Shown: positions 14,233 through 26,335 of the stretch, piece by piece
Position numbering within the stretch: the first letter of the stretch is position 1
How the letters are laid out: the number at the start of each line of letters is the position of its first letter
Assembly: GCA_977030845.1 (NCBI GenBank)
Contig: OZ365115.1
Location: forward strand, 10,168,001 to 10,232,000
Origin: Fimbriosthenelais zetlandica
Lineage: Eukaryota
Reading direction: 5' to 3'
Length of the DNA: 64,000 nucleotides
Translations under genes and position numbers: made by a program
The notes under the pieces: model-generated
The model's input: only the letters and a program-made list of their open reading frames with translations
The model's database searches: none
What the model was told of the DNA's origin: nothing

Positions 14233-15999
14233 CTAAAATCCATCATCAAGCACCACTTTCTGTGTACCAACAGCACCGCCACCATTCTTTGCAATGCATT
14301 TATAAATTATCTTGAGGATAATTTTCACTCTCCTATCTAGGGCCACCAAATTTGGTTCCAGAAGTACAGGAGCTATTGAGTCGCCTGCCCCTAACTTCCT
14401 AACAGCATCACTCAGTTTCACTGGTCCATTATGAAAATTCAACAACTTTTTCAACATAGAATGCCTCACTAGACAACATTGATAGAGAGGAGCTAGAATG
14501 TCAAGCTGATCATAGAAAGCCCTCCCGAAAGACCGACCATTGTCATAATGGACGAAGGTCGAATGTTCCCCATACTTTGTGAAGTATTCATAATGATGCC
14601 GGTCAAGATTTTGAATGAGGAAATCATAAACGGATAAGTCCATAATGTCCAACAATCTCCGTCCTGAGTTGTGCTGGTTCATATTCTTCACTTTCTGGCA
14701 GTAGTCCGGATTACTCTCCCAGTCGGCATGTTTCATTCTGCTGTAGGACCTCCGCCATGGATGTCGGGACTTACTTCTTTTCATATTACCTGTGATGAAA
14801 TAAGCTACAGAACCCTCTAACATATCAGGTGTCCCACACACAGCATGGGCAGCGTCACAGTAATAACTACATTCACCATAAAAGCATATATTATTGGAGG
14901 GAGACACAAAGAATGTATGTAAGAGTTTGTTATTTGCAAACCTTTTAATGTCACGTGTGATGTTGACGACTCGGCCCACCACTGGTGGAGCTCGATTTAG
15001 TCCAAGAACTCTGTCAACAAGAGAAGCGGCAATCTCTGATGTGTGCCTTTCATAGTCTGAGAAATAAAAATGATTCGGAATTGTATCCTGGCTCCTTGGG
15101 AGTCTCATGGGTTTGAATAGTGCTTTGCCGCCATTGGAAAATGTGAGGATAAATTTGACTTGTGTGCCACCACTAGCCGGCACTGCCTTAACGATGGGAA
15201 GTGTGCTCAGATCATGAAGGGTTTCCTCCACTGCAGGATCATCAGTTTTGAAGAGGCTGACTGGGCTGATATGGGCGTCCATCCTCTTCCAGGCTGGGTC
15301 AGATTTTGCAACATCAGGTTGCCATTCTTGCTTCGGACCAGCACCCCGATGCCTTAACACTTTCGGTTTCAAGGTTTCGAGAAAGTGCACTTCTTTCTCT
15401 GTTAGATTTACTGAACTTTCCAAAGTTTTGAGTTCTTCGAGTTTAACTGCTTGACTTTTGCCATTTGCAAATATGAACCTCTGTCCATCAAAGTTCTGGG
15501 GGCTCAGCATCTCCTTGAGCTGGTCTAAATTCAAACTGCCAGACTTGCTGGCATGTTTGATGAAATCTATTGTAAGTATAAGCTTGGCTACATTTTCCTT
15601 ATCCTCAAATGCTGAATCATTTAGAATATGCTGCAAGACAAGCAACCTGGTATCCGGCTCAGTAAGTTTAATATCATTTGAAGAGTTCAAGCTTACAAAT
15701 GTCTTATCTCTTATCAGGTCCTCCATCTCTTTTTGAGACCTACTAACACTATTCAGCTGATCTTTCAATGGAACATTAAGTTGCAGCAAGTATGGTTCTA
15801 CAGCTAAGTTTTTAGAACCATAGTTGTCTGTATTCCATAGTCCAGACAGGAAAGCCAGGTTTCCAAATAGTTTACTTGAGGACAGAGGTATAGCCAGAGC
15901 TGAAAACTTCCCAGGCATGAGATAAGGAAGGACAAAAACATAGACAAAACATATGCTCATAACCCACATGGGGACAGACCACTTACTGACTCTGGCCAT
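14233..15999 (-). CDS. FAM20C: FAM20C-like Golgi/secretory-pathway Ser/Thr kinase, single coding exon
   Basis: 588-aa ORF with an N-terminal hydrophobic anchor. Family motifs: GGTQVK, KALFKPM, YFSDYERH, NICFYGECSYYC, HPWRRSY, NLDRHHYE, HYDNGRSFG, LDRRVKIIL. Kozak context CCACCATGG. Confidence 0.93.
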   Translation of the reverse strand: MARVSKWSVPMWVMSICFVYVFVLPYLMPGKFSALAIPLSSSKLFGNLAFLSGLWNTDNYGSKNLAVEPYLLQLNVPLKDQLNSVSRSQKEMEDLIRDKTFVSLNSSNDIKLTEPDTRLLVLQHILNDSAFEDKENVAKLILTIDFIKHASKSGSLNLDQLKEMLSPQNFDGQRFIFANGKSQAVKLEELKTLESSVNLTEKEVHFLETLKPKVLRHRGAGPKQEWQPDVAKSDPAWKRMDAHISPVSLFKTDDPAVEETLHDLSTLPIVKAVPASGGTQVKFILTFSNGGKALFKPMRLPRSQDTIPNHFYFSDYERHTSEIAASLVDRVLGLNRAPPVVGRVVNITRDIKRFANNKLLHTFFVSPSNNICFYGECSYYCDAAHAVCGTPDMLEGSVAYFITGNMKRSKSRHPWRRSYSRMKHADWESNPDYCQKVKNMNQHNSGRRLLDIMDLSVYDFLIQNLDRHHYEYFTKYGEHSTFVHYDNGRSFGRAFYDQLDILAPLYQCCLVRHSMLKKLLNFHNGPVKLSDAVRKLGAGDSIAPVLLEPNLVALDRRVKIILKIIYKCIAKNGGGAVGTQKVVLDDGF

Positions 16000-18900
16000 G
16001 GTGGATTTTTATGATGCATAAACTATCCAGGTCCCAGACGTATATATTTCCATGAAGGTTAATTTGTGATAGCAATGAGGGATCATATACTACCAAGACA
16101 TGTCATATGAATATTGAGGCATTCTGAGGCATGTTGAATTAATGCTAATGTATCGTAATAATCCTATGTACACTGAAACTGCAGTTGTAGATCCATGGAT
16201 ACTGGTTCTTCGCTTCAGGGTACATATGTAGATATCATTCAGTTTAGGTTATTTTTATTTACTAACCATTATGCTATCGTTTAAGTAACTGTCTATGGCC
16301 TGTCATTTAATATCCCAGGTGATATAAGGAGGCGTGAAGAAGATAGGTCGTGATAGGTATGTTATATTCCATAGTAATAATAACCTGTGGATGAAACTTT
16401 GTAGTATTCCATAGTATGACGGTAGATGATTGATTCGTCATGTATAATGGGTCTTCGTGCCATCTGTATCATGTAATAATCAATGGATTAATGTTTTAGA
16501 GGATGTTCCTCATGTATTTACATCCGCTCCTTTACAGCTTGAACCACCCACTGACCCTATTTTAACAGGCTTCCGACCTATTTGATGGTCCTCTGAACAT
16601 TAGTGTTACCCAGAGGCAACACCTGAGTTCAACTGTTACCATCCACGCGGCAGGACTAGTGAAATTGTGATGCTCTAATACCTCGCTCAGTACGAGGACT
16701 CCTGTCTGTATACAGCAGCCTATATACCGCCATATAGAAATGTGTCATACCCAACCTTGTTAATTATATATACCATTATATCTGAGAAAAAGGTTGATAA
16801 TGACAATACTCCATAATGAAATGCACAAAATGATCAAAATTGATAGAATAAAGGAAGGGAATTTAATGAAATCCCAATGTAATAATAGCCTGATTATATC
16901 TCTGATGCAGAATTATCTGCCCGGATAATTAAAATGATAATAGGTTAATTACGTAATAAAAATTATTATGATTTTTATAGTATTTGATATGAACCCTTCC
17001 CCTAATAAAGTCTGCTTCCATTTACTGTGGTAACATTTAATGTTTACTTTCCATGTATAATGATGTTTTGGGTAGCACAAAACTCCAGATGTTCAGTATG
17101 GAGATCATACTATCACTAGAATTATGTTGGTCTGGCAATATCTTCTTAGCACTAAGAGAACTTTCCAATGATGCGTCCCTTACAGGCATACTATAATAAT
17201 TTTGGCATTTAAATGCACACTCCGGTGACAAAATGCTATAGAATTTTTGTTCTCATGTTCACAGCTGTTTAGCAGGTTTGTTATGTGTCCAAAGTAGACC
17301 CTTTACTTGGCATATAAATAGTCCAGTATTATATAATTATGCATATTATGTATCAGAGACCCTAATTTGGTAGACTCAACTGGTGCGCACTCGTTGAAAA
17401 CAACACTTTTTACACATACACTGGGGTGTATGTATATTGCTGTACATATGCTACTCTTTCATTTCCCTCTCAGTCAGTCTTCTGCCCCACCGTGCATGCA
17501 TGCAGTCTCAGCTGGCTCTCAGACAAAGGGTAGGCAAAAATACATTTTATTCACATAGCATTTTCCTACTTTTTAAAAGTGCATAGGGCCTATGAGACAA
17601 TTAGGTTTATTTTCTGTAATACAAAATTTCATTATGTGAATTGCATACATGACCGAATGGAATTAAACGTTCTAGGTTGGTTGAAAGGGCCCTGAAGCCA
17701 AACCTTTTATGAGTCGAGGCGTGACAGCTTGTGGTATTGCGACACGCCCCTACTTTGACCTTACCTAGATTTTAATGTTCCAATGTTCGTCATCAGAAAG
17801 GGATTTAATTACTATACTATATTTCGTAATTCTTTTACAATTATTTATCAGATGTATTGATTTAATGGTGATCAACGCCCCTGGGGTGTTAGAGGGCGCA
17901 TGCCCTATAGGTTTACAACCAGCTGCCCTCTTTTATAATGTATTTTTATAGTATTTATTATGACATGAGTGCCTGTCGGTGCCAGCAGTTCTGAATGCTT
18001 ATACCTGGGTTACCCACATGTTATTAAATACCTACTGAAAAGGCATTTGATTACTCTTAACAGTGTCATTTAATTCCTTTGCATCTCTTTGTTCTTTTAT
18101 AAATGAGATTGTTTGCAATATTTATGACATGTTCATGATAATATCACAGCACTTGGCATTTAAATGAAAGCAGCCAGAGTAGAACATATTGTAGCATTGG
18201 CTACATTATAATTCCTCAGTGACCCTTGATCATATTGATGGCAGGGGGGCCTAATCCCAGTATATTGGATCTAGTATATCATCGAGAGTGTTTTGTCTAC
18301 TTCCGCCAGTATATCATTTTAACCCAATACCATGATTTCTATATACTGAACCCCCTGTAGGCTTATGGTCCTATATATTGCACCAGTGCCAATATCTATT
18401 CACATAAGATGAGAAATGATTCATAACTCCTACCAAAGGTTATAGATATTGAATGAGGAATGAGAAATATGGGCAACTTCTCTTATGTGAAGAAATTTGC
18501 CAAAGATTTCATTCATTTTTTTCATTATATATAATTTTCCGTAGAAGTGTACCACAGATGCTGGTCCACACAGAGTCAAATAAAATGGATAATTGACAAA
18601 ACAATTTTTGAAATGTCAACATCATCCTACATAGTCAAATCCTATATATAGCCATGATTATAGCCTATGTGAAATACCACCTGATTGTGTTGCCACTTTC
18701 TTACGCACTCTAGTACTACCCCTGAAGGCTCATCAGGGTTCACTTTTTTATTTTTAACTGCATGACAAAAAGACTTATATGAAAGTTTACTACGAAAAGA
18801 TTGTTTAGAAAATTATATTTTTGAATCTTGTATCCCTGACACAACGATATACCTATAATGGTCTTGTATGTGAGTGGGGTGTGTGTGTTGTACTTTCTTT

Positions 18901-21900
18901 TGAAGTGAGAATTAGATGCATTGATGTGCCAGCTGATACAGCACTCTTCAAGGCCTTTCTTTTGGTCTCTCAGATGTGATCAGCCCAGTGCACGCTTCAT
19001 TTATGGTCCGTCTTAATTGAAGTGACCAATTCACCACACTCAGTGCGATGCAACTGACACCCTATGTTTAGCCTGGCCTAAAAATATCTTCGGGAAGAAG
19101 GGACCAGTGTATGATTTCTACATTTTATTGATGATGAATTAGAATTTAGATAGTAATATAATGTTGAATATGCTCTGCAAAATAATTAACCACTAATTAA
19201 TAATTATTATTATAGGCCTACATATTATGATATTTTGTACTATTTCATAACCATTTAATTATTCACTTGACACGCCCTTCTCCGAAAGGAAGGAACACGC
19301 CACAGGAATATCCTGTCAAGTACTAAAGATGATTTGTTACAGAATTGTAATGCCCAACAGCACCACACCCTGCTATGAAGTGTCTATAGTGCGCAGATCT
19401 ATGCTTAATATCCATATATGCAAGTTAAGACGACCCCGCCCTCTGCATTTCGAGGGGATTACCCTGAAATGCAAAGATCATATGACAAGAGGATGAAAGG
19501 ATCTACTCAAAAAGGGGGTTCTCTTTTGCCCTTGGCCAAATAATAGAAGCAATGATATGCTTTGTATTGTTCAATGGGCAAAGACATCCAATTGGAAATC
19601 TATGGAGTTTGGTCAGCTCTCAGGGACAGACATTCAATTAAGCAGAGGAAGGTGTTGACGGTTGGGTCGTCATCGGTAGTCTTATTTTTTTTAATGGGGT
19701 CTACGCAGGAAGTCTCATTATCATCTTTTGAATACATTTATTGGGTACGTTGACTATTATAGATTCTATAGGGCGTTACTGCAGTCCTGTGAATTTTCTA
19801 ATGAAGGAGGAGTGAAAATAACACTTCCGGATAAAATGACTGGAAGAGTTATTGCCCCATTGCATTATCGACACTTAACATTGGAGCTTTAATCCCAATG
19901 TAAAATAATCCTACTATAATAAATAGAAAAAGTAAATGACGTTCATATACTGATGAGTTTTAGTTATTAAAGTCAAAATCAATTGTCAGATAGAGATATC
20001 TCTGGCCATGCTGATCTGTATTCGGAACAAAACAGTTTGATTAAGTTGAACAACGTATTTACAAGTACAGAAGCAATTTACATAAGTAGTATAAAGGAAG
20101 CAGAGTAATCCACGGGATATCTGATTGATTCACTGTTAATAACAGTGTTATTCAATATCGGGATGATTGTTTCATTTCTTACGAAATCTGAACCAGGGAG
20201 AAGTAGAAATCACAAACCATTAAGCAAATTGGAAATTTAAACACCTCCTCACAACATTATACTAGAATGCTCAGTTTAGGTACATGCACGACTAGTAAGT
20301 GTCGAATCATTAATATAGTGATAACTGTAATGCTGAAGCCTATAGTATTGCATAGAATGCAGCATGAGCCAATAATCCTATATGAAAAGCGTCATCCCAT
20401 GCCTCCTCTCACTCACACCCACTAATATTAATGAGAGAGGTCGATGCGTTATTCATCTTCCACAGGTGGATATGCAGCACTTGCTCACTTGTAGAACTGC
20501 CTGCCCTTAGTTCACATCAGTGGCTTGAGACACTAAGTGCTGAATATGTACACATACCTGCAATCTTCTCCTGTGCATACATTTGCTCCGGTAAAGGACA
20601 AGAATCTTGTTCCTCCAGCGTTCTTACCTTGTCATGTCTTAACACCTATACCGGATGTTTTGTGAAGAAGGTCTCTGATGCTTGAGGGATATATTCGGCT
20701 GCTTTCACTGGGATGTAAAGACCCTATCAAGGATTTTCCTCGAGGTTGTTATTTTGGTGCAATCCTTTGCGAAATACAGGTTACCTGCAGGAGTTTCTCT
20801 TTTTGCAAAGAACATTAACCTTTCAAATAAATTTACAGTCATCAAAGTCTGGGAAGAGATTGCAGAAACTGTATATTGTTCATCAAGTATAAATAATATC
20901 TTCTCGGTTGCCGTCTACAGGAGAAATATTCCGATTCGTCCATCGTGAATGCTCAAAATGTTTGGAGATAGGAATAATTCAGACCGAGCAAAGGGAGCAC
21001 ATTTGTCTCGATCCATCGTAATATAAGAAGATTTACCTTGGTACCTTTATTGACAGAGCTTTGTGTGAATTGTTATCTTCAAATACAAGACAGTGTACTC
21101 AGCAGGCGAAATGCTAATTTAAAGTTAGGTGAGGATGGTGGTTATAGTTCTATAAGTATCACCATTATTTCACCCACCTAGACAATAACAGTGTCTCATA
21201 TTCTCAGGGGAACATCCCTCCTCTCAATTCCTCCTGGAAAGATTTTAGATGAACCTTTCATTTTTACTATGTTAAACAAATCTATCAGCGATAAAACATC
21301 AATGCTACTCTCGCGGATTAGACCTTTCAATTGTCTGAAACATGTAAATCGCCTTCCTATCCAAACATAGTTTTTCTATGAAATTAAAGGTCTTCAACAT
21401 GTTGCATAGAAGCATGTATGCAGTATCCTTCATCAAATATTCTTTCACGGATGGGCATGTTGAGACGCATTATATTTCGTATGCAAATCAATATGTATGG
21501 CTTGATTTCATGGAACATATATAATATCCAATATCAATTTGCAGGGAATAATAATATATAATGGACCCTGAAATATGTGGAAATCCTGGCATTCTAAATT
21601 ACATGATGGAAAATGATGGATGGAGAAAATTTATGAAGGACCGTTTACTTGTGGCCTCAACCAATCTGATGTGCATCCATTTTCACATTATGCTCACACG
21701 AACACATAATGTTTACCAGGTTCCAAATGTTTACAAGCTTGGGTAGGCAGATGGATGGAAAGATCAATAATATTGTCTATGACAATAACATACATGGTGG
21801 AATTTAATCTAGAGATGTATACACAGAAAGCAATATTGATCGCAGTTGACATGGCGACCTCATAATTCTACTATTAAACGGAAAACGACTTTGGCAAATA

Positions 21901-22048
21901 TTTGATTGGTCACATTTGGGCGTTTCTGAATTTATGGATTGCTGGAAAGAGAATAACTTGCCGAAGGCAAATGATTTTCGGTGACAAAGAACGACTACAA
22001 TACCTTTTGTTGAATTGAAGGCAACGGGATATTCAACATTAATCTGCA

Positions 22049-23929
22049 ATGCCTGCAATTATAGTAATTGAAAATCTTAACAGACATCGTCCAAAAGTTC
22101 ATCTAGGATCTGAAAATGACGCACAAAATGGTGTCAATAACAGCTTTACAGCAAATGGAACCGGACGCACTTTCCTGGAGACGTCACATCTTTGGTTGGA
22201 AGGGATCCTCAACAATGACATTGAGATCCTCACTCATATTATTGATAACTGCAATGAAGGGGACAAGAATAGGCTTATGAATGGTATATTTAGGTTCGAG
22301 GAGGACATACAAAGTTACCTTGTTCAGGGAATTGATCTCAAGCCCTTTGCAGTATGTCCTCTGACGAGACCATGGTGCATTGCAGCAGTTGTTGGTTCAC
22401 ACAAGGTCATGGACTTGTTAATCAGTAATGGTGTGGATGTTAAACAATATGATGAGAACAGGAATAACGTCTTTCATTCCCTCATCTACATTGCTTTCCT
22501 CAAACCTGCCTTGGAGGAAAAACTGACAGCTACGTGTCAGCACATCAAGGATGTCATTCCCCCAGAGAAGACAAATGAGCTCTTGTTGTCAGAGAACTCT
22601 TTTGGGTTCAGACCTTTGGAACTGGCAGCTCAACTTGGGACGTTTTCGCTCTTTATGGCCATATTTGAGACTGATGGACTGTATATAACTAGGAGGGAAT
22701 CTCATGGTGTGTATACCATTGAATGGTTTGATGTCACTGACTACGAAACAGTGGGCACGAATCACAGGAGTGACAGGTCACCACTTCTCTCACTGATGCT
22801 CCTGAACAGCAACAAGCTGTCAGATCCTGTCACAAACTCATTATTCAGAAGAGATATTATCAAAGCATGGGTGGGAACCAAAATCAAATCAAATACCCTA
22901 TTTCTGGTTACATGGTTTCTCATGAGAATGTTCTTCTTGCTCATTTTTGTGCTCTTTGATCTGTCAGGTACTTGGATTCGACCTGATGAACCTGTCAACC
23001 CGATCAGACTTGATACATTTAATCAGAGTTTCAATGGCTCAGAGGCAAATAAACCATGCACAAGTTCCAAACTAATTGATATACCAGAATGGTTGAATGA
23101 TGTGTTTGGGGGATACCTTCTAGTTCAATCATTAATATCTGTTTTGTTCTATACAGTTTGGATCGTCACCTACATCTATAAACGGCTGAAAGCTCAAATG
23201 TATTTACTACCTACAGGTTACAAAAGACCCATTATATCGCGTGATTTCTACATCTTCTGTCAGTTCTTGCTCTACCTTGGGATTCTCTGTGGTATCCTTG
23301 TGACTTATCTACGCAGATTCTTCACATTTCCAACAGTATTCGTCAGCTTGGTTTACATCGAGACATGGGTAGGCCTTGTCTGGTCTATACTTTTCTTCAT
23401 GCAGATGTTGCCCTGGATTGGCCACTTTGTCATCACAGTAGAGCGCATGGTCACTGACCTCCTGAAATTCATTTTGGTTGGTTGTATTTTCTTGTTGGCG
23501 TTCTCAGTTGCCTTTGCTCGACTTGTATCCCCTGATAATCACGGACGATGTCCTGAAGAATATAGCAATTTCATCCAAACAATCTACACCACCTTGATAA
23601 CCATGTTAAACATGGTCAACTACCGGAAGTTTGATGTCCCTGACCCTGTGGGTCTCATAGCTCTACATGTGGTATATGTCTTCATGGTGGCTATCATGTT
23701 GATTAATTTTCTCATAGCTCTGTTTTCCAACTCTGTAGCTGTTGTGTACAATAACCGGAGAGTCATGGAGACAGTTCAGAGGCTCTCCGTTTCCTTTATG
23801 TTGGAAGACTTCATGGTGAAGCTCTGCCCAGGGTTGAAAATGGCAGTCACTCGCAGGTACTTTAGCCGGGAGCGAGATCGTATTTACCTCAACCGTGTTG
23901 TCATCCATAGGAGTCTCAACACAAAGTGA
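22049..23929 (+). CDS. TRPV-like cation channel, single coding exon
   Basis: 626-aa ORF with an in-frame stop at 22040. It has ankyrin repeats (ENSFGFRPLELAAQLG), a TRPV-type linker (HGVYTIEWFDVTDYE), six hydrophobic segments, a pore helix/filter (YTTLITMLNMVNY), S6 (AIMLINFLIALFSNS) and a TRP-box-like VMETVQRL. Confidence 0.88.
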   Translation: MPAIIVIENLNRHRPKVHLGSENDAQNGVNNSFTANGTGRTFLETSHLWLEGILNNDIEILTHIIDNCNEGDKNRLMNGIFRFEEDIQSYLVQGIDLKPFAVCPLTRPWCIAAVVGSHKVMDLLISNGVDVKQYDENRNNVFHSLIYIAFLKPALEEKLTATCQHIKDVIPPEKTNELLLSENSFGFRPLELAAQLGTFSLFMAIFETDGLYITRRESHGVYTIEWFDVTDYETVGTNHRSDRSPLLSLMLLNSNKLSDPVTNSLFRRDIIKAWVGTKIKSNTLFLVTWFLMRMFFLLIFVLFDLSGTWIRPDEPVNPIRLDTFNQSFNGSEANKPCTSSKLIDIPEWLNDVFGGYLLVQSLISVLFYTVWIVTYIYKRLKAQMYLLPTGYKRPIISRDFYIFCQFLLYLGILCGILVTYLRRFFTFPTVFVSLVYIETWVGLVWSILFFMQMLPWIGHFVITVERMVTDLLKFILVGCIFLLAFSVAFARLVSPDNHGRCPEEYSNFIQTIYTTLITMLNMVNYRKFDVPDPVGLIALHVVYVFMVAIMLINFLIALFSNSVAVVYNNRRVMETVQRLSVSFMLEDFMVKLCPGLKMAVTRRYFSRERDRIYLNRVVIHRSLNTK

Positions 23930-26335
23930 TATAGCATATCTCAAACTATTGCATAGTGGATGTTCTGGACATCAAAAACCAAAGTTGTCATCTTGTAGTC
24001 TTGAAAATATATTTATATTATATATTTCCTTCCTCCCGATACTTGAAGTATACTGGCTGTATTCTCTCAATGGTATCTACTTGCATACTATACATAATTG
24101 TCCAACTTGATGGCTATAAAAAAGAAACAAAATGTTACTTGCTACATTAAGGTGTAGGCCTACAACAAGCCATTAGCCCGATCTTGTGATTTAAATAATT
24201 CAAAACGAAACTATCTCATTGATAAAGTATTGTGTTTGTAGTCTTACTAGTGATTGAACCAAATGCCTAGATGTCTGTCAATGCCAAAAATATCTAATAT
24301 AGATAATATTATGATATTCTTGGTAGGGCCTAATTAATTAGTTAGGAAGATAGTTACACCTTTAGAATCTTATACAGTATAATTATATACACCTCGGTGT
24401 TACAGTATACTTGTCTTTACTCCCTTGCTCAAATAGTTGGAAGTGATATGGTATCTGTAGCCTATACGTATGTACTTACATACTGTGTATGACCTGAAGA
24501 CTCCTTATAATTGATTAATTTCAAATTACCATTTCATGGTAATAGGCCAAAATTTGTGAAATAAAGATCTTAAGATACTGATATCGCATTATCAATTTTC
24601 TTATCCATGAATATTTGTAAGAGAATAAATTGTATAAATTGCCACAGATAACTTAAGAGGCGGATTTGTTTCGGGGATTTGTCAAAGAGTCTAACCAGCC
24701 AAAACTCTTGTTGCATTCAGTTATATTATAATACTTAGCTGTCAAAACTGCCATTCTGAATGAATAATTCATAAAGGTCCAGACATTTGGCTGAATGTGA
24801 CAAGGTACCACAAGAATCTGTTAAGATAGGTATGCCAAAGGAGGATGCGACATCCTCTGATATCCAGGGTCAGGGAAGGTACTCATTACCAAACTATAAC
24901 ATAGATGGCGGCACATATCATGTGAAGCTTTTGATTTGAATGTCTTCACGACAGAAAGTTCAAACCCAGTATATACATTGCAATACGTCATGCTTGTCCC
25001 CTCCTGCCCCATAGATATTGATTATAGGCATATCAATATAGATGTCCTGGAATCTCTTCAAAATTATTGCAAAATGTGAGGCTTATATTTACTGCATTCA
25101 GATACTATGTCTAGTGGTCTAGTGATGATCAGTGCCCCAGTGTCATTGACACAGCTAAAGCAAAAACCTCAAGAACACCAAGATATATAAAATCGTTTTA
25201 TTAAAAGATATACAAAAGTTGTGGGTGGAATATTGACATTTCCTAAGCTGAATACCAACATAGAAATTACAATTAACAAAATTATAATTTATTTACCTTT
25301 CATTGATCTGGACGAATTTCAACTCTGAGCACTTTAATTGTTTAACTTCTCTATCATGTTTAGATCCAATATTAGGCTCTGAGACTTTGGATTTTTATTT
25401 GTGGGAAATGATTATTTTTGCTGCTAGTGTGGACGATCATGGACCTTTCTGACATTAATGTGAAGATATTTACTTTAGTTGTGTACAATGAAATTTCTAT
25501 ATCAATGACTATGTACAGGTTGAACGGGAAATATATCATATTTTACATGTTCACTGGCACAACCAAATCTAGGATAAGACTGGAGATAAGTGAAGACTAA
25601 GTCTTCTGAATGGATCAGGTGGACCACTCATCATATCAAACCCTAATCAGTAATTCCATTACTCTAACGATCCGCACCAATAGAAAAGGCATTTATATGT
25701 ACAGGTATTCTCAGTCTAAACAGCAGCGTTATTCCCCATTATAAATGTACAACTTCAAACCTTTTGCAAACAACTTAAATTCTCCATAGATCTAAAAGAT
25801 CAAGTAGAGAACTTAATGCAACGTCAAGAGTGCCATTGTATACTTCCATATGATCCCAAAACACAGCAAGTGACAGACAAAAGTGAGTGAAATGCAGTGT
25901 TTCTAGATCAAAGGGTAGTATAACCTTGGTAAGACTATATAGAACATGGTCTTTATATCATATTACCAGCATTTTGCTACAACTGTTTCTGCTCTTAGTC
26001 CTTGATGTATTATTTGAGATTCGATCTGTTCTCTCCTTGTCGCCTTTCCAGATGGGGAGCTCTGTACAACATCAGATCCTGCCTTGCATTTGATCTATTT
26101 TAAGAAACCTTTTAAGGCAAGAGGCACGTGCAGGTCCACAGAATAAGCAAAACCAAAAAAAGAACCTTTGTAAAAATAATTCACTCCATCAAATTTATAC
26201 AGGATGAAAAATTCCAATGAACAAAAATATTGATGGGTCTCAAATGTGGCTATACATCAAGACGATGGACCAAAACCTGGACGAAGGAAATAAAGGAGGA
26301 TGTTGACGTTAAAATATTTAGGAACACTGTTAGTC

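Noticed and set aside
15160-15736. Plus-strand ORFs within FAM20C and minus-strand ORFs within the TRP gene
   Set aside because: Antisense shadows of long coding sequences.
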